A stretch of DNA of 64,000 bases from a virus. A program made the translations under genes and the position numbers. Position 1 is the first letter of the stretch. Every line of letters begins with the position of its first letter. The notes beneath the pieces are model-generated. The model saw only the letters and a program-made list of their open reading frames with translations. It was not told the DNA's origin and made no database searches. Positions 44,728 through 52,986 of this stretch are shown here, one piece after another. The DNA lies in the IMG/VR virus record IMGVR_UViG_3300049172_000080, positions 31,701-95,700 of that record; one strand, 5' to 3'.

Positions 44728-45183
44728 TCACCGGTCCCGCTTGACGGAGTGGAGGGTGAACTGCCAGTTGGCGCGCGGGCCGTGCTCCGTCCGGACCTTC
44801 TGGAGCGCCAGGTACCGGGCCTCCAGCTCCGTACGTGCGTTGACGAACACCGGCACCAGCTCGTCGCCGCTGCCGTCGGCCGCCACGGCCTTGTGCTTAA
44901 GCGTGACGGTCCACCGGCGGTAGACGACGTGGCGCGGGAAGACCTGCGACGGCCGGTACCGCCGGGTCTGGTTCTCGCCTTCCGGGGCGCAGCGCATGTG
45001 CAGGCCGTCGGTGCGGACGTAGACGGCCGGGAACTCGATCTCGTTGCCGCCCTCGTCGAACGTGCGGATGGTCACCGGCTGTCCGGGGGTCGCCTGGCCG
45101 GGGCGCAGGTGGACCAGTCCGGGACGGACGCTGGACTGCCGGGCGGGCCGGCGTACCGGCCTCTCCACCGAGTAGCTGGTCAT
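44728..45183 (-). CDS. hypothetical protein (151 aa)
   Basis: ATG after GACCAAGGAACCAGGAAAGTAGGACCC. Confidence 0.55.
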   Translation of the reverse strand: MTSYSVERPVRRPARQSSVRPGLVHLRPGQATPGQPVTIRTFDEGGNEIEFPAVYVRTDGLHMRCAPEGENQTRRYRPSQVFPRHVVYRRWTVTLKHKAVAADGSGDELVPVFVNARTELEARYLALQKVRTEHGPRANWQFTLHSVKRDR

Positions 45184-45226
45184 GGGGTCCTACTTTCCTG
45201 GTTCCTTGGTCTACGACCTAACCGAT

Positions 45227-45270
45227 CGATTTAGCTAAATCATACCTGTGCCCCGGGGTGAGGACAACCC
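45227..45270 (-). promoter_or_regulatory. Conserved phage promoter cassette (copy k, 22-nt spacer variant)
   Basis: Minus-sense GGGGTTGTCC-N22-TTTAGC. Palindrome CGATTTAGCTAAATCA. Confidence 0.5.
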
Positions 45271-45299
45271 CGGGGCACAGATTCAGCGGTGACGCCTGG

Positions 45300-45515
45300 T
45301 CAGCGTCGGGCGGTCCGACGCCGTTGGGCGAGCAGACTGACCGGCAATCCGATGACGACCGGGCCCAACAGCAGTGCGGTGCAGGCGACGACCAGACGGG
45401 AAGTGCTGAGCCCGGACGAGGGGTGTGAGAGAACGACGGCGGTGAACACGGCGAACCCCGCGACGAAGCCGAGGATAGGTCCGCCGTAGGCGAGGAGCGT
45501 GAAGCTGCGGGACAT
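45300..45515 (-). CDS. small membrane protein (71 aa)
   Basis: Two hydrophobic segments. ATG after GGAGGAACCGACC. Confidence 0.5.
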   Translation of the reverse strand: MSRSFTLLAYGGPILGFVAGFAVFTAVVLSHPSSGLSTSRLVVACTALLLGPVVIGLPVSLLAQRRRTARR

Positions 45516-45575
45516 GGTCGGTTCCTCCAGGGTCAACAGGCGAAGGCCCCGCCGGGTGGCGGGGCCGGGGGTCGG

Positions 45576-45731
45576 TCAGTCCTCGTCCGGGACGTGCACG
45601 CGGAAGCTGTCGGAGGCCATGTCCATCTTCACCTCGGCCTGGCCGCCGGCGTCCCGGATCTCCTGAGCTTTCTCGTCGGCTGGCCGGGAGCCGTAGCGGT
45701 GGCTGACGGGAGACGTGAACGCAATACCCAT
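45576..45731 (-). CDS. small hypothetical protein (51 aa)
   Basis: Hand-translated (MGIAFTSPVSHRYG..). ATG after GACCAAGGAATGAGGAATCGATC. Confidence 0.35.
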   Translation of the reverse strand: MGIAFTSPVSHRYGSRPADEKAQEIRDAGGQAEVKMDMASDSFRVHVPDED

Positions 45732-45815
45732 GATCGATTCCTCATTCCTTGGTCGGTGAGGCTGAGCCGCCTCGGGGACGCCACCGGCGCGGTGCCGATG
45801 ACGTTCACGTGAGGC

Positions 45816-46103
45816 TCAGACGGCCGACGTGCCGGGGCCGGTAGGCGGCTTCGCGCTGGAGGTGCGCATCCACTCGCGGTAGTCGTCCCTGACCATGCCG
45901 TCTCCGTCCGGCCGGTTCAGCGCCGTGGCTGCCGCATTGGCGAGCTGCGCGTGCACCAGGGCCTCGGTCAGGTCCGCCATGCGGCGGGCCAGGCGCTCAT
46001 CGGTGGAGAGGTGAGCCTTCCATCCGGTGTCCGCGTCCATCCACGTACCGGCTTGCTGCGTGAGCTGCTCGGCCTCGCGGTAGTGCTCGGGTCCGGTAGC
46101 CAT
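45816..46103 (-). CDS. hypothetical protein (95 aa)
   Basis: ATG after AAGGAGAACCGACACG. Confidence 0.5.
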   Translation of the reverse strand: MATGPEHYREAEQLTQQAGTWMDADTGWKAHLSTDERLARRMADLTEALVHAQLANAAATALNRPDGDGMVRDDYREWMRTSSAKPPTGPGTSAV

Positions 46104-46193
46104 CGTGTCGGTTCTCCTTGTGTCTCGGGTCAGAGGCTGAGCTGCCTCACAGGGGCCACGGTCGGACGTCCCGTCCGCGACCCCGAGCGGTGC

Positions 46194-46511
46194 TCAGACG
46201 CTGGTGGGATAGGTGAACCAGTGGCCGGTGGCCTTGGTGTGCTCGCCCACGGCGAGGCCGCATCCAATCGCGCAGGCCGGCTCGACGGGCTCGGGCGTGG
46301 GCGCCTTCTGGTCGTCCGGGAGGGCGGTCCACTCCAGGTCCACGATGCCGTCGATGATCTCGTCTTTGCGCCACGACTCCAGCGGGTTGGCGCTCCAGAC
46401 GTGGCCCATCCGGCGGTACAGCGCGCACAGTTCGGCCTTGCGCATCTTGCCGAGTTCTTGCCCCCGGCGGAGCCAGTGCTGGTGCTTCGTTTCCGGGCCC
46501 GGGTTGCTCAT
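46194..46511 (-). CDS. hypothetical protein (105 aa)
   Basis: ATG after AGAGAGGAACCGACACG. Confidence 0.5.
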   Translation of the reverse strand: MSNPGPETKHQHWLRRGQELGKMRKAELCALYRRMGHVWSANPLESWRKDEIIDGIVDLEWTALPDDQKAPTPEPVEPACAIGCGLAVGEHTKATGHWFTYPTSV

Positions 46512-46572
46512 CGTGTCGGTTCCTCTCTGCTCGGGCCGGGGCCGTCGACCGGCGGCCCCGGGTTGGACTGTG

Positions 46573-46995
46573 TCAGGCGTTGACCAGCTCGCGCGCCGGG
46601 ACGGCGACGGCCGGGCGGACCGTCTGGCGGACGGTCACCGGGGCGCCGTGCGCGAGGACCATGAGCACGACGGCTGCGCGAAATTCCGCCTTGCGCGGCT
46701 TGTAGTTGCGCAGGAGCACCTGGACCTGGGCGGAGGTGAAGTGGTTCACCTTGCGCAGCCGGGCCGCGCGGCCGTCGGTGGTGCAGTGCGTGCGGGCGAC
46801 CTTGACGGGCTCCATCCCGATCCGCTTGGCCACGGAGCGCAGGCCGTTCGCCACACCGGCCGCCGTTCCGGCATCCACACCGGCGGCGATGGCGTGCGTC
46901 GCGAGGCTGCGGCCCTTGCGCAGGGACCGGGCGAAGCGGGTGGCGGCGGCGCGCTGGGCGACGATCTGGCGGCGGAGGCGGGAGGTCTTCGTCAT
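46573..46995 (-). CDS. hypothetical basic protein (140 aa)
   Basis: ATG after GACCAAGGAAAGCAGGGACCGACC. Confidence 0.5.
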   Translation of the reverse strand: MTKTSRLRRQIVAQRAAATRFARSLRKGRSLATHAIAAGVDAGTAAGVANGLRSVAKRIGMEPVKVARTHCTTDGRAARLRKVNHFTSAQVQVLLRNYKPRKAEFRAAVVLMVLAHGAPVTVRQTVRPAVAVPARELVNA

Positions 46996-47047
46996 GGTCG
47001 GTCCCTGCTTTCCTTGGTCCGTCGTTCCGGCCGGTCGGCCGTTCCGA

Positions 47048-47087
47048 TGGATTAACTAAATCATAGCTGTCGGGCGGGCACAACCCC
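47048..47087 (-). promoter_or_regulatory. Conserved phage promoter cassette (copy l)
   Basis: Minus-sense GGGGTTGTGC-N17-TTTAGT. Palindrome TGGATTAACTAAATCA. Confidence 0.6.
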
Positions 47088-47097
47088 GGACGCGAAA

Positions 47098-47127
47098 GAG
47101 CCCCGACCCAGTTGTGGGTCGGGGCTC
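47098..47127. terminator. Hairpin terminator
   Basis: GAGCCCCGACCCA / TGGGTCGGGGCTC. Confidence 0.6.
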
Positions 47128-47142
47128 ATACGGCGAGGCCAG

Positions 47143-47751
47143 TCAGTGGTCGACGCGCGCCCAGGCGGGCGCCGCCGGCTCGTGCTCGCGGTAGCCGATC
47201 ACCCGGTCCAGCAGGGGCCACAGCCGGGTGTCCCGGCCCCACACGGGGTCGATGACTGCCAGGGCGACACCGTGGCGCGTCAGCTCCCGGCGGACCTCAC
47301 GCCCGATGCAGGGCAGCTCCGCGTGGCGCTGGAGGCGCCGTGGACGGCCGCCGAAACCCGTGTGCGCCTCGTCGCCCCAGCGGGTCACCGTGAGGCCGTG
47401 ACGCGGGCCTATGGACCGCCCCGGGCCGTACGCGGTGACGATGAGTCCGGCGCCCCGGGCCCGGCGGATGAGCGGGCCGAGGAGCGGGTTCCGGCAGGAG
47501 ATCCAGCCTTCCACGGCGGCTCGCTGCTCCCAGGGTCGGCCGTCGTACGCCGTGCCGGTCTCGCCGGGCTGCGAGCAGGTAGTCACCCAGCCGCGTCGGT
47601 TCAGCCGGGCGAGGACCGGCACCAGGTGCGCGGTCTCCTCGTCGGGGCCAGCCGAGCAGCCGGGCTGCGTGGCGATGCGCCCCTCCAGCCAGCCAGCCAT
47701 CGCCGCGCCGAGTTCGTCGACGCTGCGGACGTCACGCCAGATGCGGTCCAC
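47143..47751 (-). CDS. hypothetical protein (202 aa)
   Basis: GTG start 2 nt after the upstream stop. Trp/Arg-rich conserved-looking core. Confidence 0.5.
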   Translation of the reverse strand: MDRIWRDVRSVDELGAAMAGWLEGRIATQPGCSAGPDEETAHLVPVLARLNRRGWVTTCSQPGETGTAYDGRPWEQRAAVEGWISCRNPLLGPLIRRARGAGLIVTAYGPGRSIGPRHGLTVTRWGDEAHTGFGGRPRRLQRHAELPCIGREVRRELTRHGVALAVIDPVWGRDTRLWPLLDRVIGYREHEPAAPAWARVDH

Positions 47752-47753
47752 GG

Positions 47754-48047
47754 TCAGCCTGCCTCGATGGCGTCGGAGAAGTCCAGGAACCGGCGCCCCG
47801 TGAGGTACCGCACGATGGCCTTGTTGTAGCGGCGGGTGACGGCCGGGGTGAGTTCGGTCTGACCCCCGTCGGCGGTCTTTCCGTTGGGTGCGAGGACGAT
47901 CCGGCTGCCTTCGGTCTCGGAGGCGTCGACCCAGACCGGCACCGTGCGCTGCCACCAGGCCAGCGGACGCGGGAAAGGCGCTGCGCCCTGGCGGACAAGG
48001 TCCACGTCGATACGGATCTTCGTTTGGTCGATGACGATGCGGTCCAT
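47754..48047 (-). CDS. hypothetical protein (97 aa)
   Basis: ATG (MDRIVIDQ) after CTGACCAAGGAACTGAGGAAGCGAGGGGTC. Confidence 0.5.
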   Translation of the reverse strand: MDRIVIDQTKIRIDVDLVRQGAAPFPRPLAWWQRTVPVWVDASETEGSRIVLAPNGKTADGGQTELTPAVTRRYNKAIVRYLTGRRFLDFSDAIEAG

Positions 48048-48062
48048 GACCCCTCGCTTCCT

Positions 48063-48113
48063 CAGTTCCTTGGTCAGGGTGGTGCAGGGCCCCGGAATCG
48101 CCAACCGGCTCCG
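48063..48113 (-). repeat. 51-bp direct repeat, copy A (class-2 upstream element)
   Basis: 49 of 51 nt identical to 48389-48439. Minus-sense CGGAGCCGGTTGGCGATTCCGGGGCCCTGCACCACCCTGACCAAGGAACTG. Confidence 0.7.
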
Positions 48114-48126
48114 GGGCCCGGGATGG

Positions 48127-48372
48127 TCAGCGCAGGTACGGGAGCGGGTCCATCGCGTCGCCGTCAGTCCACACCCACGTGTCGAACTTCTCCTCGCCCA
48201 TGCGCTCCCCCAGCTCGTCCATCAGCCAGCCCCGCGTCATGGCGAGTTCCTCGCTCATCGGCACCGTCTCGGTAAGCAGCCACGTCACGCTCAGGGCCTC
48301 GTTCGTGAGACGGCTCAGCTTTTCCCGTGCGGCGGCTTCCAGTCGCTGGCCCTCGGGCGTCTTGGCTCGCAT
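48127..48372 (-). CDS. hypothetical protein (81 aa)
   Basis: ATG after CTGACCACGGAACTGAGGAATCGAGGAAGCC. Confidence 0.5.
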   Translation of the reverse strand: MRAKTPEGQRLEAAAREKLSRLTNEALSVTWLLTETVPMSEELAMTRGWLMDELGERMGEEKFDTWVWTDGDAMDPLPYLR

Positions 48373-48388
48373 GGCTTCCTCGATTCCT

Positions 48389-48439
48389 CAGTTCCGTGGT
48401 CAGGGTGGTGCAGGGCCCCGGAATCGCCAACCGACTCCG
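48389..48439 (-). repeat. 51-bp direct repeat, copy B
   Basis: See copy A. Same position relative to the downstream gene start. Confidence 0.7.
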
Positions 48440-48452
48440 AGGCCTGGGGTGG

Positions 48453-48689
48453 TCAAGCCCGGCTCGGGCACTTGTGCGGCAGTCGGGCGAGCACGTAGTA
48501 CCGGGGCTGCGGGTTCTCGCGCGTGGCGTATCGACCGCACTTCAGCACGTCGGCCAGATACCACTTGCCGGTCTTGGCGGACTGCTTCCACGCGAGTTTG
48601 TCGTCCGCACACCGCTTGCAGGTGACCAACCGGCCGGTGACCTCCGCTGCGTTGTTCGGTGGCTGTCCGTCAGCGGTGAAGTGCTCCAT
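48453..48689 (-). CDS. hypothetical protein (78 aa)
   Basis: ATG after GAGGAGACGCAGCC. Contains CKRC..C Cys residues. Confidence 0.5.
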   Translation of the reverse strand: MEHFTADGQPPNNAAEVTGRLVTCKRCADDKLAWKQSAKTGKWYLADVLKCGRYATRENPQPRYYVLARLPHKCPSRA

Positions 48690-48715
48690 GGCTGCGTCTC
48701 CTCGGTCGGCGTCTA

Positions 48716-48756
48716 TGACTTAATTAAATCATAGGTCTGCCGACGGGACAACCCCC
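48716..48756 (-). promoter_or_regulatory. Conserved phage promoter cassette (copy m)
   Basis: Minus-sense GGGGGTTGTCC-N17-TTTAAT. Palindrome TGACTTAATTAAATCA. Confidence 0.6.
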
Positions 48757-48795
48757 AGACGCGCCGGAGCCCGGGACCGCAGGGCCCCGGGCTCC

Positions 48796-48818
48796 GTGTC
48801 TAAAATTTTCGACACGGC
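48796..48818. promoter_or_regulatory. parS-like AT-centred palindrome (copy 2, intergenic)
   Basis: GTGTCTAAAATTTTCGACACGGC, 22 nt identical to 38234-38255. Preceded by the hairpin GGAGCCCGGG..CCCGGGCTCC. Confidence 0.5.
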
Positions 48819-48820
48819 CG

Positions 48821-49051
48821 TCAGGCACGGTCCACGCGGAATGCGTAGCCGGACGACTCGTGCTTCAGCGTTTCGCCCAGCGCCTGCCGGACCAGGCCTG
48901 CCGCGAAGGTCCGGGCCTCGCCGCGCGGCACGCGGGAGTTGTCCATCAGGCAGTACGCGATGGCGACCTCCACCTCGCGCAGCGTGCGCAGGGCCGTCGG
49001 GTTGGTCCGCTCGGTGCCGTCGGGGAGTGTGCGGGTCAGGGAGTACTGCAT
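48821..49051 (-). CDS. hypothetical protein (76 aa)
   Basis: ATG after GACCAAGGAATCGAGGAACCCCTG. Confidence 0.5.
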   Translation of the reverse strand: MQYSLTRTLPDGTERTNPTALRTLREVEVAIAYCLMDNSRVPRGEARTFAAGLVRQALGETLKHESSGYAFRVDRA

Positions 49052-49096
49052 CAGGGGTTCCTCGATTCCTTGGTCTCCGGTGGAAGGCTGGCCCGG

Positions 49097-49384
49097 TTAC
49101 CGGAACCAGCCGCGCTTCTTCTTCGGGGCAGCTTCGGCCTCGGCTTTGTTCGCGGTCTCTCGCAGCCCCCGGCCCCGACCACGGAGCCGATCGGCCTCCC
49201 GCTGCGCACGGGCCGCCTTCGCCGGGTCGCTGTAGTCACGGCCCTGGCGTCCGTAGACGTCGGCCGTCATCTGCTGCCGCTCCGCTTCCTGCTCGGCGCT
49301 ATATGCCATCTGCCGCAGGGCGGGGGCTTGCCGGGCGGCGTACTGCTGCTCCGGCGTCTGCATGTCCTTGAACTTCCGGCCCAT
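49097..49384 (-). CDS. hypothetical basic protein (95 aa)
   Basis: ATG after GACCAAGGAATCGAGGAAGCG. Confidence 0.5.
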   Translation of the reverse strand: MGRKFKDMQTPEQQYAARQAPALRQMAYSAEQEAERQQMTADVYGRQGRDYSDPAKAARAQREADRLRGRGRGLRETANKAEAEAAPKKKRGWFR

Positions 49385-49417
49385 CGCTTCCTCGATTCCT
49401 TGGTCGGTCGTACGGGT

Positions 49418-49843
49418 CTAGTCCTCGCGCTCCCAGGTGGTTCCGCAATCGTCGTCGTGGTCCTCATCGTGACCCGGTTCGAGCTGGCAGAACACCTCGG
49501 AGCCAACGGAGTTGTGGTTCATCTCGTCGCACACCGGGCCGGTACGGCGCGGGCTGTCGGCGATCGAGTCGATGAGGCGTTCCCGAGCCTCTCGGGCCCG
49601 GCGCGTCTCCCAGCCCTTGCGGGCGCCTGCGGCGCGGTTGGCGCGCGTCACGGGGTCGTTGCGGCGAGCCTCTCGCAGGAGCGCACGGGCGGCGCGCCGC
49701 TGGTCTGCCATCTGCTGAGCGGCGGCCCCGAGAGCGGAGAACAGATCACCCACGGCGTCGCTCCGTCGCGCCGGGTCGTGCATGGCGCGGTCGAGATTCC
49801 GCGCGGCCTGCTCGACGTCCATCGGTTCCGATTGGGCGCTCAC
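49418..49843 (-). CDS. hypothetical protein (141 aa)
   Basis: The GTG start overlaps the upstream stop (GTGA). C-terminal Cys/His/Asp-rich segment. Confidence 0.5.
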   Translation of the reverse strand: MSAQSEPMDVEQAARNLDRAMHDPARRSDAVGDLFSALGAAAQQMADQRRAARALLREARRNDPVTRANRAAGARKGWETRRAREARERLIDSIADSPRRTGPVCDEMNHNSVGSEVFCQLEPGHDEDHDDDCGTTWERED

Positions 49844-50427
49844 CGCGATGCCGTCCCCTCCACGGCCAGCAGGCCCCGGATCTTGTTGGCCACGCGGTAC
49901 AGCTCTTCGTTCTCGCGCTCGGGCTTTTCGTGCGGCCAGGCCTCGTCGTCGATGGCCTCGCCCGCGCGGTCGAGCACGTCCTGCTGGTGGGCCGTGGCCC
50001 ACGCGTTCGCTTCCTCCGGGTTCAGGCCGATGGCTCGCAGGCCCCGGATGACGGCCGCGTGCATCGCAGCTGGGTCGTGCTTGGCGTATGCATCGAGGTG
50101 CGCGGGCAGGGCCGGCGCCGGGACAGGCCAGCCACCCATGCCGGTGCGGCGGTCCGCGTCGGGGCTGTCGACGTCGGCCGGGCGGTTGGCCTCCACGATC
50201 CGGCGCATCCACTCGGGCATCTCCATGGCGGGCGGGAAGTGCTCCGCCGCGTTGTGGAACTCCACGGTGATGTCCACGCGGGCCGCGCCCCGGCTGAGGC
50301 CGTAGTGGATGCGCAGGCCCACCGGCTTACGGCGCCCGCCCGTGGCGGTCTTCATCGGCTCCGCGTCGGTGAGGTCCACGCGGACCTCGTGACTGATCTC
50401 CCGGACACTCGCCTTCGGCTCGTTCAT
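49840..50427 (-). CDS. hypothetical protein (195 aa)
   Basis: ATG after CTGACCACGGAAACGAGGAACCT. Confidence 0.55.
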   Translation of the reverse strand: MNEPKASVREISHEVRVDLTDAEPMKTATGGRRKPVGLRIHYGLSRGAARVDITVEFHNAAEHFPPAMEMPEWMRRIVEANRPADVDSPDADRRTGMGGWPVPAPALPAHLDAYAKHDPAAMHAAVIRGLRAIGLNPEEANAWATAHQQDVLDRAGEAIDDEAWPHEKPERENEELYRVANKIRGLLAVEGTASR

Positions 50428-50446
50428 AGGTTCCTCGTTTCCGTGG

Positions 50447-50776
50447 TCAGCCTGCGTTGCTCAGGTACTCGGCGAGGTCGCGCTGCATGCCGTCCCAGAC
50501 GGCTAGGGCGAACTCCGCCGCGATGACGCTGCGGCCGTCGTGGTTGGCGTGCGCCCGGTCGAGCCGCCGCTGGAAGGCGTCCGTGATGGCCTGCGCGCTG
50601 AGCCCGTCCCGCGTGCGCAGGTAGGACAGCGTGCGGGTGGTGACCAGGAAGCCGTCCGTGGCCATGCCCTTGGCGACCTCGGGCTCCATGTCGCCGCTCA
50701 TCACCTTGCGCATCAGGTACGCGTCGGCTTCCTCGTGCGCGTGCGCCAGCAGCGGCCGGGGGTTCGTGTCCGTCAT
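50447..50776 (-). CDS. hypothetical protein (109 aa)
   Basis: ATG after GACCAAGGAACGAGGGACCC. Confidence 0.55.
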   Translation of the reverse strand: MTDTNPRPLLAHAHEEADAYLMRKVMSGDMEPEVAKGMATDGFLVTTRTLSYLRTRDGLSAQAITDAFQRRLDRAHANHDGRSVIAAEFALAVWDGMQRDLAEYLSNAG

Positions 50777-50831
50777 GGGTCCCTCGTTCCTTGGTCGGGC
50801 CCGGGAGCCGCTCGGCTCCCGGGCCAGCGGA

Positions 50832-51281
50832 TCACTGGTTCGCTGCGTCCCAGATGGCGCGGCCTACGGTGCCCGGCCTCCGGCTCGCGAGAGCGTGCTG
50901 CGTGGGGCCGAAGGTCTCGCCGTTGCGCTCGGACCAGTAGCAGATGTACGCCTCGGGGACCCAGGACACGGCGCCCGGAGTCCGGGGCTGGGCTGGGGTG
51001 ACGGCGCCGACGATGTACCGCTTGCCCTTGACGGTAGCGATCCGGCGTCCCTTGGCGTCCGTCTCGGCGGGCTGCGCGGCCGGGGCGTCGACCAGGGTCA
51101 TGCGGACGTGCCGGCCGTCGCGGTAGGCGATCCAGTGCGCCGTACGGCCCGAGGACATCTCGCGGACGTCGCGCTTGCCGTCCATCATCGCGTGGTTGAC
51201 CTCGGCCATGGCTTCGCGGACGGAGACGTGGGTGACGGTGCCGTTCTCGGTCCGCTCGTAGACCTTGGCCTGTGCGCTCAT
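50832..51281 (-). CDS. hypothetical protein (149 aa)
   Basis: ATG (MSAQAKV) after GACCAAGGAAAGCAGGACATC. Confidence 0.55.
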   Translation of the reverse strand: MSAQAKVYERTENGTVTHVSVREAMAEVNHAMMDGKRDVREMSSGRTAHWIAYRDGRHVRMTLVDAPAAQPAETDAKGRRIATVKGKRYIVGAVTPAQPRTPGAVSWVPEAYICYWSERNGETFGPTQHALASRRPGTVGRAIWDAANQ

Positions 51282-51314
51282 GATGTCCTGCTTTCCTTGG
51301 TCGGTCCTTCTCGA

Positions 51315-51354
51315 TGACTTAATTAAATCATAGCTCCGGGGGAGGCACAACCCC
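51315..51354 (-). promoter_or_regulatory. Conserved phage promoter cassette (copy n)
   Basis: Minus-sense GGGGTTGTGC-N17-TTTAAT. Palindrome TGACTTAATTAAATCA. Confidence 0.6.
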
Positions 51355-51359
51355 TGACG

Positions 51360-52256
51360 TCAGATCACGTTCAGTGCCCGCAGGACCCCGTCCATGAGGT
51401 CCACGCGCGGCTCGTAGAACCGCCGCATCCGCGTTGGGTCGCCGACGCGGTACGCCACGCCGGCCGGCTTGTCGGCCAGCGGCTTGATCTCCGGGCTGTA
51501 CTCGGCGACGTCGGCCATCATCCGCGCCAGCTCCAGGAACGACGTCGCCCGGCCGGTGCAGAGGTTCACCGGGTCCTCGGTGCCCGACTCGGCGACGGCG
51601 AGCGCCCCGGCCACGAGGTCGTCCACGTGGATCCAGTCGCGTACCTGCTCGCCGGTGCCCCATACCTCCAGCGGATCCTCCCGTCGGCGCACCCGCTCCA
51701 GGATCGCCCGGAACGGGTACGTGTCGTCCTGGTCCTTGCCGTAGCCGGAGAACGGCCGGACCACGGTGACCGGGACGCCAGTCTCGCGGAGGCGGGCGGC
51801 GAGGAGTTCGCCGGTCACCTTGGACCAGCCGTACACCTGGTCCGGCATGCCTACGGTGACCGCCAAATAGACGTCGTCCTCCCGCAGAGTCTCCTTGCTC
51901 CACACCCCGGTCTGGTACGCCGCTGGGTACGCCGCGCTGCTGCTGAAGTACAGCACCCGGCCCGGCCGCGCGACGGCCGCCCACCGGAACATCTCCGCGT
52001 CGATGCTCAGCGACTCCGCCGTGGCGAGCGGGTCGCCGTCGATCGTCGCCCGGCCACCGACCACGGCCGCGCAGTGTACGACCAGGTCCCAGTGCGGCAT
52101 GGTCCGCAGCCGGACGTCCTCGTCGAACAGGCGCCTGCAATCCTGGCTCCGGGCGGTCTTCGTGTCGCAACCCACGACCTGGTACCCCCGGCGCCGCAGC
52201 TCGTCGGCGAAGTGCCGCCCGAGGAACCCCCGGTCACCTGTGATCAGCGCACGCAT
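51360..52256 (-). CDS. NAD-dependent sugar epimerase/dehydratase (SDR family)
   Basis: ITGDRGFLG Rossmann motif and YGWSK catalytic YxxxK. ATG after AGGAGG. Confidence 0.8.
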   Translation of the reverse strand: MRALITGDRGFLGRHFADELRRRGYQVVGCDTKTARSQDCRRLFDEDVRLRTMPHWDLVVHCAAVVGGRATIDGDPLATAESLSIDAEMFRWAAVARPGRVLYFSSSAAYPAAYQTGVWSKETLREDDVYLAVTVGMPDQVYGWSKVTGELLAARLRETGVPVTVVRPFSGYGKDQDDTYPFRAILERVRRREDPLEVWGTGEQVRDWIHVDDLVAGALAVAESGTEDPVNLCTGRATSFLELARMMADVAEYSPEIKPLADKPAGVAYRVGDPTRMRRFYEPRVDLMDGVLRALNVI

Positions 52257-52393
52257 GCCGGACCTCCTACCAGGCTCATGACTGCGAAGACGACGGCGAA
52301 GGCGGACAGCCACACCGGCGCGGTTTCCTTGAGGATCAGCCAGGCGGTGACGAGGACGTCCCACAGACCCCGGATCGGGAACAGGATCACCAC
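52244..52393 (-). CDS. possible small membrane protein (49 aa)
   Basis: The GTG start overlaps the stop of the GT2 gene. One or two hydrophobic segments. Weak support. Confidence 0.3.
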   Translation of the reverse strand: MVILFPIRGLWDVLVTAWLILKETAPVWLSAFAVVFAVMSLVGGPACVR

Positions 52394-52986
52394 AGGTCCC
52401 GCCTCCCGCTGGTGTTCGCCCCGTGCCAGTGCCAGGTCCAAGTCCGGCAGTTGAGGTGCTCGAACCTCGCGCCTCGCTCCAGCAGCGCGCCCCAGGTCCC
52501 CCAGTCGTCGCACGGGTTGTCCGGCGGCCCCTTGGGCCGGAAGCCACCGACGTCCCGCAGCAACTCCGTACGGACCAGGACCGTGATCGGGATGTAGTTC
52601 TCCCCGCGCAGCGCCTCGCGGTTGAATGGCTGGCCCTCACGGTGCGGCCACGGGTCGAACCCGCCCGGGACCGTGAACCACGGGTAGACGAGGTCGGCCC
52701 CGGTGACCCGTGCATGCGCCATCAAGTTTCCGACGTGGGTGGGACCCCACTCGTCATCGTCGTCCAGCAGCGCGGTCCACTCTGTCCCGACTCCTGCCAG
52801 GGCCTGGTTGCGGTTGACGGACGAGCCGAGCCGTTCGGTGTCTATGCTCACGCTGATCGCGTCGACCGGCAGGGTCTGGCTCATCACGCTCGCCAGCGCG
52901 CGGTGCAGCTTGCCGTCGGCCACCCAGGGCGGTATCGCCGGGATGACGGCCGTGACGCCGGGCCTCACCGGGCCACCGCCAGCCAC
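52387..52986 (-). CDS. glycosyltransferase family 2 (paralog of 62952..63605)
   Basis: VTAVIPAIP, LLDDDDEW (DxD) and FEHLNCRTWTWHWHGANTSGR. An alternative GTG start at 52968 overlaps the upstream stop. Confidence 0.75.
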   Translation of the reverse strand: MAGGGPVRPGVTAVIPAIPPWVADGKLHRALASVMSQTLPVDAISVSIDTERLGSSVNRNQALAGVGTEWTALLDDDDEWGPTHVGNLMAHARVTGADLVYPWFTVPGGFDPWPHREGQPFNREALRGENYIPITVLVRTELLRDVGGFRPKGPPDNPCDDWGTWGALLERGARFEHLNCRTWTWHWHGANTSGRRDLW

